From an uncultured Hydrocarboniphaga sp. (GTDB taxonomy: Bacteria > Pseudomonadota > Gammaproteobacteria > Nevskiales > Nevskiaceae): 64,000 bases of DNA. Where the stretch lies: contig CAXTSJ010000010.1 in assembly GCA_964246995.1 (NCBI GenBank), forward strand, positions 4,171-68,170, in the 5' to 3' direction. How positions within the stretch are numbered: the first letter of the stretch is position 1; each line of letters begins with the position of its first letter. The translations under genes and the position numbers were made by a program. The notes under the pieces were generated by a model. It was given only the letters and a program-made list of their open reading frames with translations. It was not told the origin of the DNA and did no database searches. Shown here one piece after another: positions 20,096-29,901 of the stretch.

Positions 20096-21142
20096 TCATG
20101 AGGGCGCGATGCGTGGCGTGCAGGATTGAAGCTCGCAGCCGTCGAATCCCAGAATGAAGTCCTCGCCGAACACCGAGGCGCAGGTCTGAAAACCCGCGCG
20201 CCATTCGCCCCGATGCACGCGCTGCGCGATGGCCGCCGCCACCGCGAAGGTGATCGCGTAGATCTGCGGCGTCACCAGACGCGCGGCGAGCGTTTCGCCG
20301 CCGTGGTTGCTGACTTCCGCGACGAGCACCGACGGCAAATCGCGCAGCTCCTCCATACTCGGGCCATCGGGCAGGCAGGTGACGTCGGCCTCGCTCCTGA
20401 TGCTGGCGATTGAGGCGAATTCCTTGGATGGACGCAGGTAGGAGGTGATGTTGGCGATGCCGGTGGTGCGCCAGGCGATCGAGCTGTCTCCAAAATCCAT
20501 CGCATAAGCGACGCTGCGGCCACCGCAGGCACCAGGTCCGAAGTCGAACTCTCTCGCGAGCGGCTGCGTGAGCGTGGTCAGCACATGTGCACGTCGCACC
20601 CGGGCATCAGGCGAGAACGAGGCCAGCGCCGAGCGAATGGTGCCGCGCGTCATCGTGCCGTTGAAGCTGATGCCCATGTCGAGCTTGATGGCGTCCGGCA
20701 TCTGCCGCTTGAGATGAAGTGCCAGGCGGTCGCCCGGCACCATATCGAAGCCAACGCCCGGCATGATCGTGATCTGCGCCTGCCGTGCGTGCGCATGCAG
20801 CGCGGCGAGCGCCTCGTACACCTGGATCTCGCCGGTGAGATCGAGATAGTGCGTGCCGGCCGCGAGGCAGGCTTGCACCATCGGCTCGTAGGTGTGCAGA
20901 AAAGGGCCCGCGGTGTTCAATACCGTCGAGAATTCGCCGACCAGTTTCCTGAGCGCGCTCGCGTCGCTCAGTTGCGCGACGCGCCACTCCAGATCCAGAC
21001 GCTGTGCGAGCGCTTTCAATGCGTCCGCGTTGCGGCCGGCCAGTACAGGCTGCATGCCGAGCGCCGCCGCATGTTCGGCGATGCGCGAACCGGTATAGCC
21101 GGTGGCGCCGTAAACAAGCCATTGAGCGCGGCGGCTCATCAC
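20096..21142 (-). CDS. Saccharopine dehydrogenase-like NAD(P)-binding oxidoreductase
   Basis: YGATGYTG, LAGRN, VLNTAGPF, HYLDLTGE, PGVGFD. Confidence 0.88.
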   Translation of the reverse strand: MMSRRAQWLVYGATGYTGSRIAEHAAALGMQPVLAGRNADALKALAQRLDLEWRVAQLSDASALRKLVGEFSTVLNTAGPFLHTYEPMVQACLAAGTHYLDLTGEIQVYEALAALHAHARQAQITIMPGVGFDMVPGDRLALHLKRQMPDAIKLDMGISFNGTMTRGTIRSALASFSPDARVRRAHVLTTLTQPLAREFDFGPGACGGRSVAYAMDFGDSSIAWRTTGIANITSYLRPSKEFASIASIRSEADVTCLPDGPSMEELRDLPSVLVAEVSNHGGETLAARLVTPQIYAITFAVAAAIAQRVHRGEWRAGFQTCASVFGEDFILGFDGCELQSCTPRIAPS

Positions 21143-21909
21143 AGCGCGGTGTAGCCGCCGTCCACCGGCAGGCTGGCACCGGTGATGTAGGACGACTCGG
21201 CGCTGGCGAGGAACAGCGCCGTGGCGGCGACTTCTTCCACCTGGCCGGCCCGGCTCATGGGCGTCACCGCGAGCGCCCGGGCGGCGTCATGCGCGTGATC
21301 GGCCGAGAGGTTGTCGGTCAGCGCTGTCGCGATCATGCCGGGGCAGATGGCGTTGACGCGGATGTGCTGGCGCGCATATTCGACCGCGGCGCCGCGAGTC
21401 AACGCCATCACGCCGGCCTTGGTGGCGCCATACGGTGTCAGCCCCGGCACTGCGGCGATGCCGGCGGCCGAGGCGATGTTGATGATGCTGCCGCCGCCAC
21501 GCGCCAGCAGCGCCGGGATCGCGTGGCGGATGCCAAGAAACACGCCGCGCAGATTGATCGCGACGATGCGATCGAACTGGTCGTCTTCGACCTCGGCGAT
21601 CGGGTTGATATCGCCGTCGATGCCGGCGTTGTTGCAGAGAATGTCGAGTCCGCCGAAATGCGTCACTGCGGCGGCAATCATGTCGCGCACGTCCACCGCG
21701 ACGCTGACATCGGCGCGCACCGCCAGCGCCCGCGGGCCCAGCGAGTCTGCAATCGCCTGCTGTTGACCCGAAATGTCGGCGATGACCACAGCGGCGCCCT
21801 CGCGATGAAATCGCCGGGCGATGCACAGGCCGATACCGCTGGCGCCGCCGGTGATCACCGCGACCTTGCCGGCCAGTCTGGCGAATGCGGGGACGCTGTC
21901 GTTGTTCAT
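21139..21909 (-). CDS. SDR family oxidoreductase
   Basis: TGGASGIG, NNAG, YGATK catalytic motif, VNAICPG, VDGG. Confidence 0.93.
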   Translation of the reverse strand: MNNDSVPAFARLAGKVAVITGGASGIGLCIARRFHREGAAVVIADISGQQQAIADSLGPRALAVRADVSVAVDVRDMIAAAVTHFGGLDILCNNAGIDGDINPIAEVEDDQFDRIVAINLRGVFLGIRHAIPALLARGGGSIINIASAAGIAAVPGLTPYGATKAGVMALTRGAAVEYARQHIRVNAICPGMIATALTDNLSADHAHDAARALAVTPMSRAGQVEEVAATALFLASAESSYITGASLPVDGGYTAL

Positions 21910-21977
21910 CGAGGCTGCCTTTGGTCTGGGGATGAATTACCGCGTTCACGGGTCAGGCTACCAGGTGTCTTGCGATA

Positions 21978-23015
21978 TCAGCCATCACTACCTTGCATGA
22001 AATCTTGAGGCTGTTGATCGATCTTTCCCAGCCGGTATTGGCTCACGGTCAAGCCCGTCCACACCTTGAACGCCCGCAGGAAGGCCTTGGGATCCTGGTA
22101 GCCCAACAGGAACCCGATCTCCTGATTGCTCAGATAGGACGACTTCAGATACTCCTTGGCCAGATCGCAGCGGAACTCGTTGATCAGCTCCTGGTAGCTG
22201 ACGCCTTCCATTTGCAGATGCCGGCGCAGGCTGCGGGTGCTGGTATGCAGCTTGCCCGCGGCCTCGTCGAGCGTGGGAATCTGCCCCGAGCTGCGCAGGA
22301 ACAGGCTGCGCAACTGGAACGCGAGCGGCCGCTCGGCGGTGATCTGGCGCAGCACCTGGTGACAGTATTGCTGGCAGGCCTGGAACAGCTCGGAATCGCT
22401 CTGGTCCGGCGCCTTCGCCTCGATCGAAGGACTGACGACGTTGACCGCTGTTATCGGCGCGCCGAACACGATCGGGCCCTTGAACGTCTGCCGATACATG
22501 TCCTGGTGACCGGGCGCGGCGTAGTTCAATTCCACCTTTGAATAATGGATCGGCTGCTTGACCACGCTTTCGCCGATCCACTGGCCAAAGGTCAGATTCT
22601 CTTCAACGCAAAATCGCAGCAGCGAGCCCATCGGCACCACTTCGGAGAACGTCACCCGCCACTCGTCGGGCTTCTCCTCCAGATCGATCTTGAGCATCAC
22701 GCCGATCAGCGAATGGCTGAAGGCGATCCACAGACGAATCACGTCGCGCATGCTGCGTGAAGACATCAGCGCATAGCCGACGATGCCGAAATCCGAGAAG
22801 CGGATCTCCCTGCCCAGCTCGATCCCGAGGGCGTCGTTGCCGGTGAGTTCGATCATGTTGGCGATGACGCGCTGCGACTGCCAGATGTCGATCAGGTAAG
22901 CCGGATCATCAAGCTTTACCCGCTCGATTCTGGAGCCCGCGAGCACGGCGTCTGCGGCGAAGCCGCGGTGGCGCATGCGCTCGATGTAGTGCTTGATCTT
23001 GGTCGGCCGAAACAT
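21978..23015 (-). CDS. AraC family transcriptional regulator (OruR/ArgR-like N-domain)
   Basis: FGIVGYALMSS N-domain; C-terminal HTH pair STRSLRRHL...IGFLLGYQDPKAFLRAFKVWTG. Confidence 0.92.
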   Translation of the reverse strand: MFRPTKIKHYIERMRHRGFAADAVLAGSRIERVKLDDPAYLIDIWQSQRVIANMIELTGNDALGIELGREIRFSDFGIVGYALMSSRSMRDVIRLWIAFSHSLIGVMLKIDLEEKPDEWRVTFSEVVPMGSLLRFCVEENLTFGQWIGESVVKQPIHYSKVELNYAAPGHQDMYRQTFKGPIVFGAPITAVNVVSPSIEAKAPDQSDSELFQACQQYCHQVLRQITAERPLAFQLRSLFLRSSGQIPTLDEAAGKLHTSTRSLRRHLQMEGVSYQELINEFRCDLAKEYLKSSYLSNQEIGFLLGYQDPKAFLRAFKVWTGLTVSQYRLGKIDQQPQDFMQGSDG

Positions 23016-23237
23016 GGGCAAAGTTTGCCTGATTCGCAGGTTGATGCCGGAGTAGCCCGATGAAAATCGTCAAAAGTCGATCTGCCCGGTTGCAGATACC
23101 TGGAACATGAACCATTATTTGTTTCACAATTCGCGACCACATAGTCCAGGCCGCGCTATCCAATGATGGACACAAAAAGTTGGCTGGCTCCCGAACGAGC
23201 ACGGTCGCGTCGCCTGGTGAGGAAGCGGGAGCAAGGG

Positions 23238-25616
23238 ATGAAAACAGGAATCTGTCGGAAGCTGGCGGCGGTCGCTCTGACCGTCATTGCGCTGCCCGTG
23301 GCCGCTGAAGACCTGGAGACCATCCCGGTCAAACCCGATGTCGATCAGCCGGCGGCGCCGGTGGAAAGTGCCGGCTCTTCCAGCAGGCTGATCGAAGAAA
23401 TCATCGTGACAGCCCAGAAGCGGGAAGAGAATCTGCAGGACGTGCCGATCTCGATCAGCGCCTTCAGCTCGGCCACGCTGGATGCCAAGGGCATCGTCGA
23501 TCTCAAGGACCTGAGCCGAGCCACGCCCGGCCTGACGATCACTTCGACGGCGGGCTACACCGTGACCTATCTGCGCGGCGTCGGCAGCGATGCCTTCCTG
23601 CTGGCCGATCCCAGCGTCGCGCTCTATGTCGATAACGTCTACTACCCGCTGGGACAGGGGCAGGCGCAGAACCTGGGGCTGGTCGAGCGGGTCGAGGTGC
23701 TCAAGGGGCCGCAGGGGACCTTGTTCGGACGCAACGCGGTGGGCGGGGCGATCAATGTCGTTCTCAAGAAGCCGGACTTCGTTGAGCCGCAGGTTTCGTT
23801 GCAGACCAGCTACGGCCGCTTCGATACCAAACAAGCGCGCCTCTACACGAGCATCCCGCTCACCGACACCTTTGCTATCAGCGTTGGCGGCACCTACGAC
23901 AGCGCCGAGAACTATGTCGACGGCACGATCGGAATCCCCGGACGACCGCTGCCCCGAGAAACGGCCAGGGGCGCGCGCGCCGCGGCGCGGTGGGCGCCGA
24001 CCGAGGCCATCGAACTCGATCTGAGTGCGCTCAGGACGGAGTCCTCGGGCGTCTCCACGCTCTACAGCGTCAACACCGATCCTGCCCCGCTTTTTCAAAG
24101 CGTCATCAAGCCGCAGGATCCATATCACGGCACGCTGGATTCGGTCCCGTACTCCGATATCCAGAACACCGTCTACGCCGGCAACCTTCAGTTCAAGCTC
24201 GATCCGCTTGACATCAAGCTGCTGGGCAGCGACCAGCTCGCGCTCGGCAACGTGGCGACGGAATTCGACGGTTCGCCGCTGCCGATCGTGTACTTCCAGG
24301 CGCTGCCGATCTTCTCGGATGTGCAGACCGCCGAGCTGCAGTTTCTCTCGAACCCCACCTCCTGGGGATCGGACTGGCTGAGCTGGATCGCCGGCTCTTA
24401 CTACTTCAAGGGGCGGCAAGGCTTCGACCCGGTTCTGCTGACCGTGGCCGGCACCGACCTCGGTGCCGGAAGTCTTTTCGGCGTGCCAATCCCCGCTGCG
24501 CTACAGGATCCGCTGAGCCTTCTTCTTCAAGGCCTGCCCATCCCCAGCGGCAACATCGAGCTGGTGGGCCTCACCAATGTCGAGTCGCTGGCGTTCTACT
24601 CCCAGGCCACCGCCAAATTGACGGACCGGTTTTCGATCACCCTGGGCGGCCGTTATCAGGACGAGCAGCGCAGGCTCGTGGAATCCACCGCCGCGCTGGC
24701 CAACGGCGATGGCTCACGGACGCGGATTCAAAGCTATGGCGCCGACGCACTCGCCGCGCCGATCGGCGGGGACGTGCCCGGCGGCAACAGCCGCTCCACC
24801 AAGGGGTTCAAGCCCAAGGTCACGCTGGACTACCATCTCGGCGACGACACCTTGCTCTACGCGTCCTGGCAGCAGGCGGTGAAGAGCGCGACCGTCAACG
24901 TCATCAACATCTACACCATCCCGTCCTTCATCAAGCCCGAGGAAATCGAGGCCTACGAGGTCGGGGTCAAGTCGACGCTGTTCGACGGCCTGACGACGCT
25001 ATCCGCCGCGGCTTTCAACTATGAGATCGATAACCTTCAGGTCCAGTTCGTCTCGCTGCTCAACGGTGGCGCCGTCAGTTTCGAGAACGCCAAGGGCGCG
25101 CGCATCCGCGGTATCGACTTCGACACGACCACCCAGCTTCTTCCCAAGCTGACCGATGGTCTGGTGCTGACCTTGGGCGGTGCCTTCCTCGACGCCGAGT
25201 ACACGGACTATCGCAACGCCGCCGGCTTCGATTCGCAAACCCGCCTGTTTTCGAGGACGCACGACTACAGCGGCAATCAGATCGCGCGCACGCCGCGTTT
25301 CTCCGGGACCATCGGCTTGAGCCAGACCTTCTCCGCGCCGGGGGGAAGCGTCGAGATCGGCGGCGACTACTACTACAACTCCGGCTTCCATTACCTCGCG
25401 CAGGAGGACAGCTTCACCAAGGAAGGCGCTTACGGATTGCTGTCCTTGAGGGCCAGCTATCTGCACGAGGCGTCCAACATCAGAGTCACGCTGTTCGGCA
25501 CCAACGTCACCGACACCCGCTACAACTACAGCCGTTTCACTCTGGACTTCGGAACGACCAATGCGGCGGCGCCGCCGGCTTTCTACGGCATCCGGTTCAA
25601 CTGGGACCTCAAATAG
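23238..25616 (+). CDS. TonB-dependent receptor
   Basis: Signal peptide, IEEIIVTAQKREE, VEVLKGPQGTLFGRNAVGG, barrel C-terminus GIRFNWDLK; paralogous to 14625..17050. Confidence 0.93.
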   Translation: MKTGICRKLAAVALTVIALPVAAEDLETIPVKPDVDQPAAPVESAGSSSRLIEEIIVTAQKREENLQDVPISISAFSSATLDAKGIVDLKDLSRATPGLTITSTAGYTVTYLRGVGSDAFLLADPSVALYVDNVYYPLGQGQAQNLGLVERVEVLKGPQGTLFGRNAVGGAINVVLKKPDFVEPQVSLQTSYGRFDTKQARLYTSIPLTDTFAISVGGTYDSAENYVDGTIGIPGRPLPRETARGARAAARWAPTEAIELDLSALRTESSGVSTLYSVNTDPAPLFQSVIKPQDPYHGTLDSVPYSDIQNTVYAGNLQFKLDPLDIKLLGSDQLALGNVATEFDGSPLPIVYFQALPIFSDVQTAELQFLSNPTSWGSDWLSWIAGSYYFKGRQGFDPVLLTVAGTDLGAGSLFGVPIPAALQDPLSLLLQGLPIPSGNIELVGLTNVESLAFYSQATAKLTDRFSITLGGRYQDEQRRLVESTAALANGDGSRTRIQSYGADALAAPIGGDVPGGNSRSTKGFKPKVTLDYHLGDDTLLYASWQQAVKSATVNVINIYTIPSFIKPEEIEAYEVGVKSTLFDGLTTLSAAAFNYEIDNLQVQFVSLLNGGAVSFENAKGARIRGIDFDTTTQLLPKLTDGLVLTLGGAFLDAEYTDYRNAAGFDSQTRLFSRTHDYSGNQIARTPRFSGTIGLSQTFSAPGGSVEIGGDYYYNSGFHYLAQEDSFTKEGAYGLLSLRASYLHEASNIRVTLFGTNVTDTRYNYSRFTLDFGTTNAAAPPAFYGIRFNWDLK

Positions 25617-25625
25617 GAAAACGCC

Positions 25626-26648
25626 ATGTCAGACGATAAGCAGCAGCCTTTCTATCTGGTCCGCAACGACACGCTCGCCGAGAGCACTCCGGCCGATGAC
25701 TATCTGCATCCGGAGCGCAACCGCCTGGTTTCGGATTCGACCTCGACCGAAACCCAGTACTTCGGCTTCTATGTTCCCGAGCAGCGGATCACGGCGTTCG
25801 GCTACATCTGGCATCACGTCAATCTGAAGACGCTCACTGGCGGGATCATCGTCTGGCAAGGTGACAAGCGCTACATGCTCGCGTCCGAGATCTGCGACTA
25901 CCGCGAGTTCATGACTGACGCCGCGCTCCAGTACGATCTCAACGAGGTTCGGCTGGAAAACGGCTACGGGATGAAAGTCGTGGAGCCGCTCAAGCGGCAT
26001 CACATGACCTATGTCGACGAGGCACGCCAGAACGCCATCGACGTGCATTTCGAGGCACTCGCACCGCCCGTGATGCTGGGTGACGGCAACCATTTCGAGC
26101 AGCCGATGCATGCGCGTGGCGAGCTGCTGCTGCGCGGCAAGCGCCACAAGGTCGACAGCTTTCACATGCGTGACCGTTCGTGGGGCAAGGCGCGGCCGGA
26201 AGCGAATCTGCCGCTGCCGCCGTTCGGCTGGATCACCGCCGTGTTCGGCCAGGATTTCAGCCTGGTTGCGACCGTGTTCGACGATCCGCGCGAGAATCCG
26301 GAAATCACCGGCCGCTTCGCCCTGCCGCCGGAGAGGCTGGTGACCTCGGCCTGGTTGCGGCGCGACGGGCATGTTCAAAGAATCGTGGCCGCACGCAAGC
26401 GGGTCGAGCGTGATCCGCTCACGCTGCTCGCCAACCGCGTCGACGCCGAGCTGACCGCCGAGAATGGCGAGCGCATCCAGCTGACCGGCACCCGCTTCAA
26501 CTCCATGCCGTGGCGGCCGTGGCCCAATCTTCAAAGCCTGGTCTGCGGCATGCGCTGGGAATGCGAGGGGCGCGTTACCTTTGGTGAATACAACGACAAT
26601 TTCTGGAACGATTATCTAGTCGAGGCCTCCCATGCAGCTCATCGGTAA
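25626..26648 (+). CDS. Uncharacterised DUF7064/DUF7065-like beta-rich protein
   Basis: ETQYFGF, HFEQP and RDRSWG motifs; 9 nt after the receptor stop. Confidence 0.7.
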   Translation: MSDDKQQPFYLVRNDTLAESTPADDYLHPERNRLVSDSTSTETQYFGFYVPEQRITAFGYIWHHVNLKTLTGGIIVWQGDKRYMLASEICDYREFMTDAALQYDLNEVRLENGYGMKVVEPLKRHHMTYVDEARQNAIDVHFEALAPPVMLGDGNHFEQPMHARGELLLRGKRHKVDSFHMRDRSWGKARPEANLPLPPFGWITAVFGQDFSLVATVFDDPRENPEITGRFALPPERLVTSAWLRRDGHVQRIVAARKRVERDPLTLLANRVDAELTAENGERIQLTGTRFNSMPWRPWPNLQSLVCGMRWECEGRVTFGEYNDNFWNDYLVEASHAAHR

Positions 26649-28107
26649 ACCGCTCTACTACAAGGTGGCGCTGAAGGCGCTGGAAGACAGCATCGTCCCT
26701 GAGTTGAGTTCGCCGAGCGCGCTCGGTGCAGCGGCCTTCATCCGCGACGCGCTGCGCGCCGTCGCACGCCGCGAAGACGAGGGCGGCGCGCTGCTCCAGC
26801 GCAGCAATCTCCAGGCGACGGATATCGCTGCCAAGCTGGAAGCGGCACTGCTGATGCACGGCGTGACGCCCCCAAGCCCACCAAGCGGAGCCGGCACTGA
26901 TGCTGGTGATTTCGAGACGCTGGCGGTCCGCAATGGCGAACTGACCCGCTGGCTGATGGAGCTGGTCAATCTATTCAGCCAAAGCGTTCCCATCAGCAAC
27001 CGCAAACCCGAGGATTCGGCGCTACTGCGCCTTGCCGCGGAATGGGAGTGCCAGACTGCCAGCGACTTCGCGACCACGCCCGCGCCCCCTGCCGGTAGCG
27101 AGATCGCCGAACCGCCTTTCCGCGACGCCATCACCGCCTACCTCCGCAGCGTCCATCCGGATGGCGACGCCGTCGAAGTCATGCACCTGCAGCGCGCGGC
27201 GGGCGGCTTCGGCAAGCAGACCTATCTGCTCAACATCAAGACCGCGTCCGGCGCCGTGGAAAAGCTGGTGGTGCGCAAAGAAGATCCGTCGCCGATCTGC
27301 GACCACCCGTCCTTCAATCTCGAACGGGAGTTCCATCTGGTTATGGCGGTGAATCGCACCGGATACCGCGCGCCCCTGCCCTTGTGGTTCAGCCGCAAGT
27401 TTCCCGGGATCGATGCCCCGTTCTACGTCATGCAAGCGCTCGCCGGGAAAACCGCCGGGTCGTTTCTCGAAGGCGCCAGCCGCATACCCGAAGCACTCGC
27501 TCTGGAATTTGCCGAGCTGCTGGCCAGGCTGCACCAGACCCCGCTCCAAAGCCTGTCTGAGGTGATCGAAAAATTCGAAGACCCCACGGTTCTCACCGAA
27601 ACCATCGCGCAAGGCTACCGGCGCCATATCGCTTCGTGGCGAGACTACGTCCGCACCGCCAGCACGCTGCCGTCTCCGCTGATGGCCTATCTGTTCGACT
27701 GGCTCGAAGCCCATGTCCCCGAGGACGAGGGGCGGCCTGTTCTGGTCCACGGCGACTACAGCATCCACAACATCCTGGTCGACGATGACCGCATCACCGG
27801 CGTGCTGGATTGGGAAGCTTCCATGTTCGGCGCGCCCGGCATTGATCTGGCCTACGTGCGCCTGGGGCTCGCCAAGCACATCGACTGGTCGGTCTTCGTC
27901 GAGCACTACCTGCGCTGCGGCGGCAGGGAAGTTGATCCTGCGACTCTGGACTACCACCTCACCTTCCAGGCCGTGAAGATCATGGTTGCGATGATTCGTG
28001 CCCACTATCTGCTGCACAGCGAAACGCTCACCGATATTCGCCTCACCATCTTCGAGCTTGGGCTTGTGCCGCAATTCATGAAGATGGCGCTGAGCACCAC
28101 ATCCTAG
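26632..28107 (+). CDS. APH-family phosphotransferase with N-terminal helical extension
   Basis: GGFGKQTY loop, LVVRK, VHGDYSIHNIL catalytic loop, LDWE; about 160 extra N-terminal residues. Confidence 0.88.
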   Translation: MQLIGKPLYYKVALKALEDSIVPELSSPSALGAAAFIRDALRAVARREDEGGALLQRSNLQATDIAAKLEAALLMHGVTPPSPPSGAGTDAGDFETLAVRNGELTRWLMELVNLFSQSVPISNRKPEDSALLRLAAEWECQTASDFATTPAPPAGSEIAEPPFRDAITAYLRSVHPDGDAVEVMHLQRAAGGFGKQTYLLNIKTASGAVEKLVVRKEDPSPICDHPSFNLEREFHLVMAVNRTGYRAPLPLWFSRKFPGIDAPFYVMQALAGKTAGSFLEGASRIPEALALEFAELLARLHQTPLQSLSEVIEKFEDPTVLTETIAQGYRRHIASWRDYVRTASTLPSPLMAYLFDWLEAHVPEDEGRPVLVHGDYSIHNILVDDDRITGVLDWEASMFGAPGIDLAYVRLGLAKHIDWSVFVEHYLRCGGREVDPATLDYHLTFQAVKIMVAMIRAHYLLHSETLTDIRLTIFELGLVPQFMKMALSTTS

Positions 28108-28190
28108 AGCAAGCTTCCGTTCCGGCCCGGCGTCGCGCGCCGATATACTGACGGCGATATCAAGACGACGTAGCCGGAGCTTTTGACCCC

Positions 28191-28784
28191 GTGGCGCGGA
28201 CACCCAAATCCAGTTCCGAAGAATCCTCGGACATGCTGCGGCTCATCGAAGCGGCGGTGCGATGCATCGAGAAGTACGGCGTCGACAAAACCTACATCGA
28301 CGACATCGCCAGCGAAGCGGGGATGAGCCGCAGCACGGCGTACCGGATCTGCCGGAGCCGGCAGGAGATACTCGAACGGGTCGCGCAGTCGCGCATTGCC
28401 GCAATGGAAATCACATTGCGGGAGAAGATCGGCAAATACCGTTCGCTGGGTGACGCGCTCGTGCATGGAACCGTGGACACGGTCCGCCTCGCGCGGCAGG
28501 ATCAGGTCTTCATGTCAACGCTGCAGGCCGCTGGCTATCAAGGCTTCGAGCATGTGCTGCTCGATCCTCAAAGCCATGTCATCGAGCAGCTGCAGAACGT
28601 GTGGGGCCACCTCATTGCAAAGGCCCGCTCGAAAAACGAAATCCGGCAAGCGCTATCCGACGCGGACGTCTTCGAATTCATGCGCGCGATGCAGTTCATC
28701 CTGATCTCCAAGGAAGACATGACCGAGAAGCAGCAGTCGGAGTTTCTGAGAAAGTTCATGGTCCCTGCGCTGACGGCGCGCTAA
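28191..28784 (+). CDS. TetR family transcriptional regulator
   Basis: AAVRCIEKYGVDKTYIDDIASEAGMSRSTAYR HTH. Confidence 0.92.
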   Translation: MARTPKSSSEESSDMLRLIEAAVRCIEKYGVDKTYIDDIASEAGMSRSTAYRICRSRQEILERVAQSRIAAMEITLREKIGKYRSLGDALVHGTVDTVRLARQDQVFMSTLQAAGYQGFEHVLLDPQSHVIEQLQNVWGHLIAKARSKNEIRQALSDADVFEFMRAMQFILISKEDMTEKQQSEFLRKFMVPALTAR

Positions 28785-28840
28785 AGCATCGTGCGAGGGC
28801 GCGTGATCCGCGACCCTCGTTATCATTCCGAATCGCGGCT

Positions 28841-29845
28841 TCAGGACCGCTTCGGAAACGGCGCCGGGTTGTAGGCGCGCTCGCTCCAGCCGAAACCCTG
28901 GCGTCCCTCCCAGTCCCAATGCACCGGTTCCTCGAAAGTCATCATGCAATGGCGGCCCGGCGTGGTGCCGGCGTGCACTTCCCAGGGATTCGTCACGCCG
29001 ATCGGCAGACAAGCGTTGGCGCGGGTATTCACCACTTGCATCTCGCCGAGCGCGCTGCGCAGATGGATGCGGTAGGGCTGCATCGGCGCGGTATCGGCTT
29101 CGAGCAGTTCAACGCTGATCACCTCCGCCGGATAGCGCCGATCGCCCCGCGAGACGCTGGCGTTCGACATCGCCAGACCCGGCACGCCGAACAGCTCGAT
29201 TGCGTAGACGCTGAACGTGAGCTGCTCCTGCGGAAACCAGCCCTGCGCCCAGCAGTGACGTCGGAATGGCGTGAGATCGCGCACACCGCGGCTATGGTCG
29301 CGATTCATGAAAGCGCTTTCGATGACATGACGCTCGCCAGCGAATTCGATGAAGCCGCTGCCGCTGCCGACCTGTTCGATATGCAACGCGCCGGCGATGC
29401 CCTCGGCACTCGCGCCGTGTCCGCTCATGTTCCAGATTGGAGATTCGGCGGTGAAGTCGATCTGCAAACGCAGCGGCTGCAGGGGCCGCGCGAGCGCGCC
29501 CTGCGCGATCAGCTCATCGCGAGAGTGTTCCGATGCGGGGCCGTCGTAGCTCAGCCGCAGGTGGCGTGCGGGCTCGATGATCTGCACCTTGAATAGCGCG
29601 GCCGACGGCTCGCTTGCCGTGGCCGCGCGACCGTAATTGCGCACGCAGATCGCGCGATTGGCGCCGAGCGCAATCAGCAGCAGCTCGCGCCAGATTTGTG
29701 GATCGCCCCACCAACGGCCCAGCAGCGACACCATCGCCAGGTTTCGCGCCGGATCGAAGCAAGTAAACGCATAATTCTCGCTCCACAACGCGGTCGCCGG
29801 AATTTCTGCCAGCGGATATTCGTCGGCGCTGTCGTGTCGGCTCAT
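28841..29845 (-). CDS. Second DUF7064/DUF7065-like beta-rich protein
   Basis: WSENYAF, HIEQVG and RDHSRGVRD parallel the motifs of 25626..26648. Confidence 0.7.
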   Translation of the reverse strand: MSRHDSADEYPLAEIPATALWSENYAFTCFDPARNLAMVSLLGRWWGDPQIWRELLLIALGANRAICVRNYGRAATASEPSAALFKVQIIEPARHLRLSYDGPASEHSRDELIAQGALARPLQPLRLQIDFTAESPIWNMSGHGASAEGIAGALHIEQVGSGSGFIEFAGERHVIESAFMNRDHSRGVRDLTPFRRHCWAQGWFPQEQLTFSVYAIELFGVPGLAMSNASVSRGDRRYPAEVISVELLEADTAPMQPYRIHLRSALGEMQVVNTRANACLPIGVTNPWEVHAGTTPGRHCMMTFEEPVHWDWEGRQGFGWSERAYNPAPFPKRS

Positions 29846-29901
29846 CGTGCTGTCTCAACCCCCAGTTAGGTGATCGAGTGTAGTGATTATCAGCAGTCGA
29901 C

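Noticed and set aside
26632-28107. Aminoglycoside resistance gene
   Set aside because: The APH fold is present, but the size, N-terminal extension and catabolic context fit the ACAD10/LvaA-like metabolic kinases.
14617-29901. Prophage or integrative element
   Set aside because: No integrase, phage structural gene, tRNA target or att-like direct repeat was found.
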